Of a stretch of 64,000 nt of DNA, positions 1 to 9,431 are shown one piece after another. Origin of the DNA: a virus; IMG/VR virus record IMGVR_UViG_3300027619_000001, one strand, 5' to 3'. The stretch's first letter is position 1; every line of letters starts with the position of its first letter. The notes beneath the pieces were generated by a model. It was not told the DNA's origin and searched no databases. It saw only the letters and a program-made list of their open reading frames with translations. The position numbers were made by a program, and so were the translations under genes.

Positions 1-3000
1 GGTACTCTATCAATCCGGCACCCATCCAGCGCAGCAAATCAACGCCTACGCTCCCCCGATCAATTCCAGTGTCAGCACATACTCCCACCTGATCGGCTCG
101 GGGACGGGGATTCTGAATCTATTCACGCCGGGACAGTACCTGACTGGCGTCACTTGGTTCCCTAACGTAGGCTGCACGGCGTCCAACTGCACGGGAGCCA
201 ACGGCACCTACCTCGATCACGTCGGCACGTCTTCCATCGCGGGCGGTGGATGCCCGAATATCGTGTTCTCGGGGTCATCCCCGCAGGACATCGACAATGT
301 GGTCGATAAAGTGGCCGCGCTCGGATACTGGAACAATTTCATCCCCGTCAATACCAGCTACGGCGCGGGCGGCGGGACAGGCAACACCGCGACTCCGGGA
401 TATGAGTTCACTCAGGATTGGGCGGATAATCTCGACACCGATTGCGCGCACCAGAGCGGGGTGTTGTCCCGACAGAATAGCGGCTACTATCTTCCCGGTG
501 ACTACATCCTGTTCGGCGGACAGTACTGGCAGATGACCAAACTGACGTGCAGTAACGCGACTGGCACCGATACCCATTACGATGCCTGTAAGACTGCCAC
601 GTCTCCACCCGCATGTCTGCTCACTCCCAGTTCGCCATGCGTAGATGGAACCGGATCGTGCTCGACCGGGAATGCGGCATGCTGGACGCTCACTCCCAGC
701 AGCGGCTTACACGCTCCTCCACAGGATGGCTGGTGCGATTCGACGTACCCCGGCAGTTTGTCGCTTCCTTGCTACTCGCTCGTGGTCAACGGCACCGCAT
801 CGATCAACGGCAGCGGAGTAGCGACGATTACGGTAAGCAGCATTCCGACATACGCCAACGGTAACACGGGATTCATATCCGGAGTCAGCGGCGTCAACGG
901 CTCCAATTTCAATTGCGGGTCGGCAACCAGCACCACCGCTACCATCCAGTCCATCAACCAGTCCACGAATCAGGTCTCCTATACATGCTCCCCGGCGCTC
1001 ACTACGACTGCATCCACAACGCTCACCGGAGGCCAGATCAGCGCCGCTCATTCCCTCAACATCAATACCGCGCCACTACCCTTGCTGCAAGCCACATTCC
1101 CGATCCCGTATGAGTTGCCGAACCGGGTGAGACTGCAATCCCTGTGGGCGTCGATGGATACGCATTACAAAAACTCCATCGGGTATATCCGGATGGGACT
1201 CAGTAAGGGCGGCGAGTCCTCTCAAGACAACAGCAACCTATGGCCGTGGTATACCGCGAACCAGTATCTGAGCTACGAAAAAGTCATGTATGCGTTTGAG
1301 TCCGGAGCGGGTGGCGGGACGGACTTTGCCTGCGTGGGGAATCTGAATACCAACCCGAATCAGGAAGCGGTCTATATTTATGGCGCGAATTGCGGCGGGG
1401 ACAACAACGCTCTCAGCACCGATCACGCTTATACGCTCGGATGTTATGCATCGACTCCAGCCCCCGCGTGGTGTGGGACGGTCACGTATAACAGTGGCGT
1501 CCCCGCCGACGGGTCACTTCTCCACGGTGGCAACTGGGCGGAGTTGTTCAAGACCTACAACACGACCACACCGAACGGTGACTATCCAACACAAACCATC
1601 CAGACCACGAATGCATCGAATCCGGGTTCGACACCGGGGAATTGCTCAGTAAACACTTGTGCCAATGGCACCTGCACCGTGCCTAGTGGATCGCAGCCGA
1701 TAACCGGATCGCTATCCATCGACACCGGATGCACCAATACCACTCTCACCGGCGGAGGACCGTTCCCGGCACCCAATGGTTACCCCGGCGATCTCCCACT
1801 GATCCAGCAGTATCTGGCGACCAACTTAGAGGCTTACTTTTGCGACATCGCGCTGATGCTGGACCCGAATTACCCGCCGAGTGGGTGCTCATCGTATTCC
1901 CAGACCACATACGCGCCTTTGTATAAGAGTGCAGCCTCGACGTTTCTGACGCAATCCACCACTGTGCCTGTATTCACCAGCGCGGCGACCGCGTTCTTTA
2001 CGATCAATGTGTTTAACACGTTTACGGTCGCGGCTACAGGGACGCCAACGCCGGCGTTTACGATTATTGGCGGGACGCTGCCGTCGGGAGTCACATTTGT
2101 AGACAATGGCACGGGAAACGCAACATTGAGTGGCACACCGACAACGGTGGCGGTAGTGACGTTGACTATTCACGCGGCCAACTCAGCCGGATCGGTCAAC
2201 CAGACATTCACGCTCAATATCATCCCCGGTGGATCGTGTTTTGGGTGCAGTGGGGTGGGAACGGGGCAGTTTGTAATCAGTGGCGCGGCCAGCAATTTTC
2301 CCACTACTCCCGCCGATGACATGTATTGCGGCACGTCGGGGACTCCGACATGGGGCGTGAGTGATGGGCCTGCGACATTGCCGACTGATTGCCTGAATAC
2401 CAATCCGGCCAACTCCCCCGCGACCGGATCGGTGGTGAATGTGACCACGGCAGGACAATTAACGACCGCGCTGGCAGCGGCATCCTGTGGCCAACAGATC
2501 ACTCTCGCCGCCGGATCGTCGTTCTCGGGGAATTTCACCGCACCCGCCCTCAGTTGCCCATCGAATAACTGGCTGATTATTCAGTCCTCGGCGGTGTCGT
2601 CTCTCCCCGTCTACAGCGCGCGTTATTCGACTACTTACGAAGGCGCGACCGTGTATCTACCGCAATTCAGTCCGTGCTACTCGGGGGTAACCTCTCTTAC
2701 TGGCCGTCCGACCATGCACTGCCCGAGCACTCCGGGCACCTACACGGCACAGATCATCACGCCCAATTCGACCGCCGCGCTCACACTGTCCGCCAACACA
2801 TCCAATGTCCGATTTATCGGGATCGAGTTCACCCGCACCGCGTCCACTGGTCTCACCACTCAACTTATCGGCATGGGCGGGGTGGGGGGGATTTCGCACG
2901 TCATCTTCGACCGGGTATGGTGCCACGGTGACGAGAATCAGGACGAGACCACCAGATGTTTCAGCGCGACACAAACCGACCACGTAGCGGTCATAGACAG

Positions 3001-4135
3001 TTATTTCAACGATTTCTATTGCATCTCAGTCTCGGGCGCGTGTGTCGATTCCCAAACTCTCATCACTGGCCTCGACGCAGCCAACACCACGGGCGAGAAC
3101 ACGCTCAAAGTGGTCAACAACTACCTTGAAGCTGCCGGGGAGACAATGGAGTTCGGCGGCGGTGCGGCGACCGCGGTCCCTTACAATTTCGAGATCCGGC
3201 TCAATTTGATGACGAAACCGTTGCAGTGGAATCCATCCGATCCGAGTTATAACGGCGGCATCGGCGGGCATGCCTTGGTTGTCAAAAACCTATACGAAAT
3301 GAAAACGGGGAATCTAACGTTATTCGAGGGGAATCAGTTATTCAACGTCTGGGCAGGATTCACGCAAACCGGTACGGCTATCCCAATCGGTGCCAAGAAC
3401 CAAAGCGGCGGCTGTTCCGTGTGCGAGATCACCAACCTGGTCATGCGGTATTCGACGGTTAACACGGCGGGCTTGATGACGGATATCAGCATCGGTCCCA
3501 GCGACACCAACGCGATGGCGGCGGCGCAAAACGCTATCTCGGTCCACGATCTGATCGGTGACAATCTGGGGTACTCGACGTGCAACTCGTGCTCGGTGAC
3601 CAATCCCATGATCGGGTTGACGGAAAGCGACCAGTACATCACATCGACCGCGCAAGCCGAGCACAATGTCACCGTCAATCACGTCACGATGGTGGGGGCG
3701 AACGGAGCCACGGCATTGCAGGGAGCGTTGGGATTGTCGGGGATGTTGCAATCGACCGGGTTCCAGATGTACGGGATGACGTTTACGAACAACGTGTTCG
3801 TGACACAGGACTTCGGCACTCAGAACGTGCTCGGGAACGGCAGCGTTAACTGCGCTTATGGAGTCACAGCGGGCGCGGCGGCGATCAACGCGTGCTGGAC
3901 CGGATCGACGTTTGGCGGGAATTGCATTATCGGGACGCCGACGAGAACGTGGCCGGGGGTGAATAATGTGACCAGTATCGCAACACAATCCAGCGTTTAT
4001 ACAAGTTGGAATAACGGCGAGAACGGCACGTATACTATCGCGGCTGGAGCCTGCAAGGGGATAGGCACTGACACTCTCGATCCGGGAGCGAATGTGAGTG
4101 AAGTAGCGAGCGTAATCGCGGGCAACCATCCATAG
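1..4135 (+). CDS. Tail fibre / receptor-binding protein, 5'-truncated by the window edge; He_PIG-type Ig domain plus right-handed beta-helix (polysaccharide depolymerase-like) C-terminal half
   Basis: The frame of track ORF 263..4135 has no stop back to nt 2, so the CDS enters from the left edge. Ig motif FTIIGGTLPSGVTFVDNGTGNATLSGTPT. Beta-helix-like rungs: NVRFIGIEFTR, HVIFDRVWCHGD, VIDSYFNDFYC, LKVVNNYLE. G/S/T/N-rich fibre-like composition. Confidence 0.6.
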   Translation, partial: VLYQSGTHPAQQINAYAPPINSSVSTYSHLIGSGTGILNLFTPGQYLTGVTWFPNVGCTASNCTGANGTYLDHVGTSSIAGGGCPNIVFSGSSPQDIDNVVDKVAALGYWNNFIPVNTSYGAGGGTGNTATPGYEFTQDWADNLDTDCAHQSGVLSRQNSGYYLPGDYILFGGQYWQMTKLTCSNATGTDTHYDACKTATSPPACLLTPSSPCVDGTGSCSTGNAACWTLTPSSGLHAPPQDGWCDSTYPGSLSLPCYSLVVNGTASINGSGVATITVSSIPTYANGNTGFISGVSGVNGSNFNCGSATSTTATIQSINQSTNQVSYTCSPALTTTASTTLTGGQISAAHSLNINTAPLPLLQATFPIPYELPNRVRLQSLWASMDTHYKNSIGYIRMGLSKGGESSQDNSNLWPWYTANQYLSYEKVMYAFESGAGGGTDFACVGNLNTNPNQEAVYIYGANCGGDNNALSTDHAYTLGCYASTPAPAWCGTVTYNSGVPADGSLLHGGNWAELFKTYNTTTPNGDYPTQTIQTTNASNPGSTPGNCSVNTCANGTCTVPSGSQPITGSLSIDTGCTNTTLTGGGPFPAPNGYPGDLPLIQQYLATNLEAYFCDIALMLDPNYPPSGCSSYSQTTYAPLYKSAASTFLTQSTTVPVFTSAATAFFTINVFNTFTVAATGTPTPAFTIIGGTLPSGVTFVDNGTGNATLSGTPTTVAVVTLTIHAANSAGSVNQTFTLNIIPGGSCFGCSGVGTGQFVISGAASNFPTTPADDMYCGTSGTPTWGVSDGPATLPTDCLNTNPANSPATGSVVNVTTAGQLTTALAAASCGQQITLAAGSSFSGNFTAPALSCPSNNWLIIQSSAVSSLPVYSARYSTTYEGATVYLPQFSPCYSGVTSLTGRPTMHCPSTPGTYTAQIITPNSTAALTLSANTSNVRFIGIEFTRTASTGLTTQLIGMGGVGGISHVIFDRVWCHGDENQDETTRCFSATQTDHVAVIDSYFNDFYCISVSGACVDSQTLITGLDAANTTGENTLKVVNNYLEAAGETMEFGGGAATAVPYNFEIRLNLMTKPLQWNPSDPSYNGGIGGHALVVKNLYEMKTGNLTLFEGNQLFNVWAGFTQTGTAIPIGAKNQSGGCSVCEITNLVMRYSTVNTAGLMTDISIGPSDTNAMAAAQNAISVHDLIGDNLGYSTCNSCSVTNPMIGLTESDQYITSTAQAEHNVTVNHVTMVGANGATALQGALGLSGMLQSTGFQMYGMTFTNNVFVTQDFGTQNVLGNGSVNCAYGVTAGAAAINACWTGSTFGGNCIIGTPTRTWPGVNNVTSIATQSSVYTSWNNGENGTYTIAAGACKGIGTDTLDPGANVSEVASVIAGNHP

Positions 4136-4190
4136 GAGATTGTTGACGCGGGTGGTACGATATCAGTGAAAGGAAAGGACCCCTCCGATA

Positions 4191-4601
4191 ATGAAACGAC
4201 TGATCTGTACACTGGCACTGTTGTCGATCTGGCTCGCGTTGCCGACCGTATCCGCTGCCGCGCAATCGACGGTTGCAGGAACGGGCCAATTCACATGGAC
4301 CGTGACTGGATTCGGCGAGACCGGAACTGGAACCTATACATGTCAGAGTGGTCCCGGTACTCTGTTTCCGCCCTGCCAGATCGTCGATGACACCACGCAT
4401 GTACCGCCGCAGTTGGGTGTGGCGTTCACGATGACGATTCCAACGGTTGGGCCGAAGACGAGCGTCACATGCACGCTAACAAGTGGAACATTGCCATCGT
4501 GGATGACGCTGAAATCGAGCGGGATTAACTGTGTGTTGACGGGGACGCCGACTACGACCGGGGCGGGTACGAGTATCGCATTGAGCTTCACTGGAAGTTA
4601 A
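4191..4601 (+). CDS. Secreted protein with He_PIG-type Ig-like domain
   Basis: Signal peptide MKRLICTLALLSIWLALPTVSAAAQ. Motif CTLTSGTLPSWMTLKSSGINCVLTGTPT. Purine-rich RBS aaaggaaagga upstream. Confidence 0.6.
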   Translation: MKRLICTLALLSIWLALPTVSAAAQSTVAGTGQFTWTVTGFGETGTGTYTCQSGPGTLFPPCQIVDDTTHVPPQLGVAFTMTIPTVGPKTSVTCTLTSGTLPSWMTLKSSGINCVLTGTPTTTGAGTSIALSFTGS

Positions 4602-4895
4602 ATGCGGCGACTGCTCATTTTCGGGTGCTTGATGCTCTGTGGTTGTGCCGCCAAAACCCCTGCGGCTGCTCCAGCGATAGCCGCGCCGGACATTGGCATC
4701 ATCCAGCCACCGCCGATGCAAGTGCTCGAAGTTTCGCTCGGCGAGCGGGTCAATCGCGCGCTATATCGGGCAGGCAATTGCCGTATCACCGCTGGTACAT
4801 TTCCCAAGGGATTAAAACTATCCCGCCAGAGTGGATCGTGCTGGGCATCCGGCGTGGCGTTACAAGCGGGAGTGTTTCGGTTTATCGCAAACTGA
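4602..4895 (+). CDS. Lipoprotein (lipobox LCGC)
   Basis: MRRLLIFGCLMLCG|CAAK lipobox. ATG directly follows the previous TAA. The competing ORF 4625..5419 is Arg-rich shadow. Confidence 0.5.
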   Translation: MRRLLIFGCLMLCGCAAKTPAAAPAIAAPDIGIIQPPPMQVLEVSLGERVNRALYRAGNCRITAGTFPKGLKLSRQSGSCWASGVALQAGVFRFIAN

Positions 4896-4907
4896 CAGGA
4901 GTCGTTT

Positions 4908-5870
4908 ATGTCCAATCCCAAAGTCGCTCTCAACGTCGCCTTCCCCTCCGATCCCACTGCGGTCGCCAAATATCTCCTGCCCAACAAAACCGTCACCGGC
5001 GCGCTGATCGGGGTGAACTGGTCCTCTATCGACAACGGCAAGAGCTACAATTTCGCTTCCGTCGATCAGCAGATCGCTACGTGGACCAAAGCAGGCAAAG
5101 TGGCCAACCTCGTGATCTGGGCGGTGTCAGATTCGGGCTCCGGCCAGTATGGCAATGCCTCAACTCCGCAGTACATCTGGGACGGATTAGGCCCCGAAAA
5201 TTACACCACGCTCGACACCCAGGCTGGCTCACAACGGATACCGAACTATTTCGACGAATTCTACCAGCAGCGATGGCAGTTGTTCATCCAGAATCTCGCA
5301 GTTCACTGCCGGGGGAAAGTGGGCTACATCCGTCCCGGTCTGGGTCATGGCGGGGAAACAATCCCCGGCGCGGGCTGGCAGAACAGTCCCGCATTCAAGC
5401 AGTGGGGTGTCACGGTTGAGACGTGGATGGCGTACCTGAATAATTGCCTCGAATATCTTGGGGAGTTCAAGGGCATAGATTGGGCAGTTGGAATTACGCC
5501 GATGGGGAGTCCGAGCACACAGGTTCCCGACTTTCTGGCTGGAGTTGCCGCGTCACTCGGTTTCCAGTTCGGCTCTCAGGGACTTGAGTTGAGCGACCTG
5601 ACCGCGAAAGTGACGACCGCGAACTGGCTGGGAAACTTCGCTAAATATCCGAACGTCAGGCACGAGTTGCAAACTATCGCCGCATCGTGCCCGCAGAACA
5701 ATTGTCCGACGGGATCGCTGGTGGAATTGGTGCCATTCGCGGTCAAAAATGGATGCGATGTGCTGGAATTGTATTGCTCCGACTGGATGATCGCGTATGA
5801 TCCCGCTAATCCTCTATACGCGGAGTACGGCAAACAGTACGCCACTGTGCTCGAATCGGTGAACGGATGA
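4908..5870 (+). CDS. Glycoside-hydrolase-like protein (function uncertain)
   Basis: 320-aa ORF with RBS acaggag. The VGYIRPGLGHGGET segment resembles IGYIRMGLSKGGES in the tail-fibre protein. No catalytic assignment is possible by eye. Confidence 0.45.
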   Translation: MSNPKVALNVAFPSDPTAVAKYLLPNKTVTGALIGVNWSSIDNGKSYNFASVDQQIATWTKAGKVANLVIWAVSDSGSGQYGNASTPQYIWDGLGPENYTTLDTQAGSQRIPNYFDEFYQQRWQLFIQNLAVHCRGKVGYIRPGLGHGGETIPGAGWQNSPAFKQWGVTVETWMAYLNNCLEYLGEFKGIDWAVGITPMGSPSTQVPDFLAGVAASLGFQFGSQGLELSDLTAKVTTANWLGNFAKYPNVRHELQTIAASCPQNNCPTGSLVELVPFAVKNGCDVLELYCSDWMIAYDPANPLYAEYGKQYATVLESVNG

Positions 5871-6358
5871 ACTGGTCTCTCGCATGGCACTGGCTCTGGT
5901 TTTTTATCGGTGCCCTTACCTACATGGCGCAGCGCGCGTATTACGGCGTGCAGGGACCGCGTCCGGTTGCGACCAGTTATCCGAACTACGTTTACCGCTG
6001 CTGGGGACCATTGCTGTTCCGGTTTGTCGTTGACAGCGCCTTTTACTGGGCAACGTTTACTCCGATTCTGCTGGCAGGAATGTTGCACGCCCTCGGTTGG
6101 GAGACATTCGCGTCGGAAGTGGAAGGCGTGACTCAGTACGGCGTATTTGCGCTGGCGTTCGGGCTGGTAATCGATGTAGCGGTGGATTTCAGCGTCACCA
6201 AGATACCGCTGCTGAAAGATATCTGGCCGCAAATGCCGCCTGCGTTACCTCAACCCGCCGTCGTACAGTCCGCGATTGTCGAAACTACACAAACCACCAA
6301 AGTGACAGAATTAGCGACGAAGACTACCATGATCCCGGACCCGAAGGAGTCCAAATAA
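5867..6358 (+). CDS. Multi-pass membrane protein (holin candidate)
   Basis: ATGA overlap with the previous stop. About 4 hydrophobic helices: WLWFFIGALTYMA, LLFRFVVDSAFYWATF, ILLAGMLHAL, VFALAFGLVIDVAVDF. Confidence 0.5.
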   Translation: MNWSLAWHWLWFFIGALTYMAQRAYYGVQGPRPVATSYPNYVYRCWGPLLFRFVVDSAFYWATFTPILLAGMLHALGWETFASEVEGVTQYGVFALAFGLVIDVAVDFSVTKIPLLKDIWPQMPPALPQPAVVQSAIVETTQTTKVTELATKTTMIPDPKESK

Positions 6359-6603
6359 TGCTGGCAACAATATCCAGTTGGATGCTGCGTCTACCGGATG
6401 CGGGCGGCGGCGATCTGATTCACTTCCTCGTTGGATTCCTGATCCTGTGCTGCGTAATCGCGTGCGTGATCATTCTGGTCAAATGGCTGTGCGGGCTGAT
6501 GGGAGTCACCATCCCTCCGCCACTGATGGCCGTGCTGGGGATTATTCTGTTCATCATCCTGTTGCTGATGCTGCTCAACTACAGCGGTTACTACCGGTTC
6601 TGA
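6358..6603 (+). CDS. Small two-helix membrane protein
   Basis: ATG at 6358 overlaps the previous TAA (TAATG). Same frame as track ORF 6097..6603. Helices LIHFLVGFLILCCVIACVIILV and LMAVLGIILFIILLLMLL. Confidence 0.5.
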   Translation: MLATISSWMLRLPDAGGGDLIHFLVGFLILCCVIACVIILVKWLCGLMGVTIPPPLMAVLGIILFIILLLMLLNYSGYYRF

Positions 6604-6692
6604 CGAGCCGGCAATACGCTGTCCGGATTATGGAAAATGTAATAAAATTCGTTGCAAGCCACTCCGTCGAGACTAGACTAGGAGCGCTGTGA

Positions 6693-7361
6693 ATGAACAG
6701 TATCCACATCACGGACTGGGCTGGGTTATTGGAGTGGTCTTTCTGCTTCTTCGCGATCTGTTTATTCGCGTGGGCATTCTTGAGAAACGCGATCGTGCAC
6801 GCACTTCGAGGTCTGGGGTGGATGCGCGGCCCGGCGAACAGGGAAGAGATAGCGCACGCGATCAAAGTGAAAGAGAGACTGATGGATCTCAGTAAGAAAC
6901 CCAATGGCAGCGGCGAGTGGGGCAAGGCGAGGTTGTTTGGCGCGTGGATCGCCGGGGTATTGATGACGGTCGCAGTCACAGCCGTATTTACAGTCAAGCA
7001 CGACCGGGAAATCAAGCGGCTGCAACTTGAGAACCAGCAATTAAAAATGGAGCTGTCGGTCAGTCCCGACACCTACACATGGTTTGAGGTACTGAGGGTA
7101 TACGATGCGTGGGATTTCCAGTTGCAGTTCATCAACGGCGGAAACCCGTTCGATATCCATTTCGACCACGATGGATCGGAACTAAAACTTGGATGGGATG
7201 AGGGCATGATCGTCGAATCTATGACATTCCGCCCGACATCCACCGGCAACACCGTGGCTGCACATAATCTCGGTATGCGGATTCACCGCAATACTGCTAC
7301 CGGGAAATTCATCGACTACAGGAGCGCAGCGTGGATTACAACGATGCAATCGCAGCGGTAA
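6693..7361 (+). CDS. Membrane-anchored protein with coiled-coil segment
   Basis: Two hydrophobic segments (LLEWSFCFFAICLFAWAFL, LFGAWIAGVLMTVAVTAVF), then KRLQLENQQLKMEL. Confidence 0.5.
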   Translation: MNSIHITDWAGLLEWSFCFFAICLFAWAFLRNAIVHALRGLGWMRGPANREEIAHAIKVKERLMDLSKKPNGSGEWGKARLFGAWIAGVLMTVAVTAVFTVKHDREIKRLQLENQQLKMELSVSPDTYTWFEVLRVYDAWDFQLQFINGGNPFDIHFDHDGSELKLGWDEGMIVESMTFRPTSTGNTVAAHNLGMRIHRNTATGKFIDYRSAAWITTMQSQR

Positions 7362-7531
7362 ACGCCGGTAAGTACGCATGGCGTTCTGAGTGGAATGGCG
7401 CTTACATCTACCTCTACGAAGGGCAGATTGTCCAGAGTACGGCAACTGGGCCATACCATCCATACATGCCGACGCCGGCGGATCAGCAAGCGCAGGATTT
7501 TGACACCGGAGACCACCCGCCACACCCTTAA
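7331..7531 (+). CDS. DUF2829-like small protein (the family that contains the Thoeris anti-defence protein Tad2)
   Basis: GTG start 7 nt after aggag. The N-terminus MDYNDAIAAVNAGKYAWRSEWNGAYIYLYEG fits the DUF2829 pattern M.F.eAl.Al..GK...R..W.g...i.l. Confidence 0.45.
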   Translation: MDYNDAIAAVNAGKYAWRSEWNGAYIYLYEGQIVQSTATGPYHPYMPTPADQQAQDFDTGDHPPHP

Positions 7532-7546
7532 AAGGAGCTTCGTTGA

Positions 7547-7915
7547 TTGAGCGCCACTCCGCCAACCGAGATATACGTCACTCTCCCGGTCGTCCAGTTT
7601 ATCGACCGGGAGATCGGCCATTTGGGGGAGAAAACCACATTGCGCGCCGATCTGGAGGCAATGGCGGTCAGGCTGAACCATTTGGAAATTCTGCGGCGTT
7701 TGGATGAGTTAAACCACGCTCACGTTCAGGCAACAGCCGACAAGCAAGAGCTACTTCCGCGACAATTGTTCGAGCAATTCGCCAATGAGAACGCGAAGTG
7801 GCGGGAGGCAGTAACGAAGTCGATCAGCGAGTCCGTAGGCTCTAACCGCACACTGATTGTCGTGGTAGGATTCATTTTTACTTCCATCACTATCCTGATG
7901 AGATTTCTGAAATAA
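7547..7915 (+). CDS. Tail-anchored coiled-coil protein
   Basis: TTG start 10 nt after aaaggag. C-terminal TM LIVVVGFIFTSITILMRFL. Confidence 0.5.
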   Translation: MSATPPTEIYVTLPVVQFIDREIGHLGEKTTLRADLEAMAVRLNHLEILRRLDELNHAHVQATADKQELLPRQLFEQFANENAKWREAVTKSISESVGSNRTLIVVVGFIFTSITILMRFLK

Positions 7916-7929
7916 GCCGAGTGGGATGA

Positions 7930-8121
7930 TTGGTACGCCGCATAACTTTGCACTGTCTCTTGACCACCCCTGAGTCCATACGAGCGGAGATCGAACGGCT
8001 GGGGGAAGACAAACTTAAGATGACGGACACGGGGCTGATACGGATCGTGGACTGGATCATAGAGAGTTTGCGGGAGAGATTGGATAAACTGGAAACGAGA
8101 GAGAAGAGGCCACCGAAATGA
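7930..8121 (+). CDS. Small hypothetical protein
   Basis: Its stop overlaps the next start (ATGA at 8118). The start is uncertain (TTG 7930 or ATG about 8020). Confidence 0.35.
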   Translation: MVRRITLHCLLTTPESIRAEIERLGEDKLKMTDTGLIRIVDWIIESLRERLDKLETREKRPPK

Positions 8122-9029
8122 TCACCAACTATTACGATCTCGTGCAATCCATACTCCCGGCGTGGAACGGGAGACTGGCTGGCCACCACATCGGGTACCT
8201 CGCTGACGGTCACGTTCACCGCGCGGTGCCATATAACGCCGCTGACCTCAAGGTAATGGCCAAGCGCCTCTCCCTGATGCGCGCCGCCGGATTCGACATG
8301 CTGATCGAAACCTGGCAGGGACCGTGGGCGACGGCGTGCCATGCGGACGCGATAGCCAACTCGGCATTGTGTACCGAGATGGGAATGCAGTTTGCGCTCC
8401 TTCTCGATCCGGGTGGGATGCAGAAATGGCTCCCCAATCAGTCCCAGGCTACGATCACCGCGAATGTTGTAGCTGCACTGGAATCAGCCGCGCCCATGAT
8501 TGCCGCATCCAGCTATGTCCCCGAAAAATTCATTCTCGATTTCAATACGGGAGCTAACTTGTCAACGTTGGCGAAGGCATTTCCGAGCTACAACTTTCTC
8601 GCGCAAGGATCGGGATTTAGTTGGATCTCTATTCCTAAATTAAACTCGAAAGCGTACTTGTCTCCGGATGATCTCTCGTGCAATTCCCTATCCGTTGCTA
8701 ACCTCAAATCCCAGCACTCCAACCCCGCCATGAAGGTTGCGAGTTTCTGTTTCGAGTTCGATGACTCGGGGATGCCACTACCATCGGGGGTGCAATCGAT
8801 GGCGACGTTTCTGGCGGCGGGCGGCAACCGGGACTTTACGCAGTCCTGCTGGGGTGGGCCAGCACGACGGTTATACTCTTACTCCGGCCAGTTCGCGCGG
8901 CAGCAGATTGCGACAATCAACCCAAGCACACCGATTATCGCAGCGGTTACGATTACAGACTACGACGAGAATACCGCGCTGGAGCCCAAATTAGCCGAGG
9001 CCGCAGGAGTCAACTGGAGCACGCTGTAA
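8118..9029 (+). CDS. Hypothetical protein, possibly glycoside-hydrolase-like
   Basis: 303-aa ORF coupled on both sides. The segment AAGFDMLIETWQGPW...MQFALLLDPGG is TIM-barrel-like only by impression. Confidence 0.4.
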   Translation: MITNYYDLVQSILPAWNGRLAGHHIGYLADGHVHRAVPYNAADLKVMAKRLSLMRAAGFDMLIETWQGPWATACHADAIANSALCTEMGMQFALLLDPGGMQKWLPNQSQATITANVVAALESAAPMIAASSYVPEKFILDFNTGANLSTLAKAFPSYNFLAQGSGFSWISIPKLNSKAYLSPDDLSCNSLSVANLKSQHSNPAMKVASFCFEFDDSGMPLPSGVQSMATFLAAGGNRDFTQSCWGGPARRLYSYSGQFARQQIATINPSTPIIAAVTITDYDENTALEPKLAEAAGVNWSTL

Positions 9030-9400
9030 TGTGGACCTACGTCATATCCAACGGCTACCTTGGCCACGATGGCCAGCATATCGATACCGGATACAGTGGC
9101 CACCCCCCGTATGTGAACGATGTAACCGCAATCGCGATCAGGAATGTCGGCCCCCTGCCAACGGGATTCTACACATTTGACGCCGCCATCGACAGCCCGC
9201 AACTCGGCCCGTGCGCGATCCCACTCACACCCGACCCGGCCAACTTTATGTTCGACCGATCCGGTTTCTTTGTGCATGGTGATAAAGTGGAAGCCCCCGG
9301 AGCCCATCTCGCGTCCGACGGCTGCATGATCTTCGGACACTCTACCCGCATGATGATCGATTTGAGCACCGATAAACAGTTGCAGGTGGTAGCATATTGA
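9029..9400 (+). CDS. Tlde1/DUF2778-like (YkuD-fold L,D-transpeptidase/carboxypeptidase-like) protein; endolysin candidate
   Basis: TAATG coupling to the upstream gene. GPLPTGFYTF...FFVHGDKVEAPGAHLASDGCMIF matches the YkuD catalytic pattern H-x(13-17)-S-x-G-C. Confidence 0.55.
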   Translation: MWTYVISNGYLGHDGQHIDTGYSGHPPYVNDVTAIAIRNVGPLPTGFYTFDAAIDSPQLGPCAIPLTPDPANFMFDRSGFFVHGDKVEAPGAHLASDGCMIFGHSTRMMIDLSTDKQLQVVAY

Positions 9401-9431
9401 GGTTGAGGCAGTGACGGAGGGAGATACCGAT

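Noticed and set aside
3338-4129. Long antisense/alternative-frame track ORFs. Examples: 3338..4129 (-), 14274..15023 (+), 15238..15864 (+), 30425..31234 (+), 37331..37915 (-), 39154..40098 (+), 41303..42253 (+), 47087..47713 (-), 48417..48935 (-), 51164..51934 (-), 55856..56515 (-), 60504..61196 (-), 60925..61602 (-).
   Set aside because: They lie entirely inside longer ORFs that have recognisable motifs or operon coupling. They are Arg/Pro/Ser/Gly-rich, as expected for shadow frames of GC-rich coding DNA, and lack RBSs.
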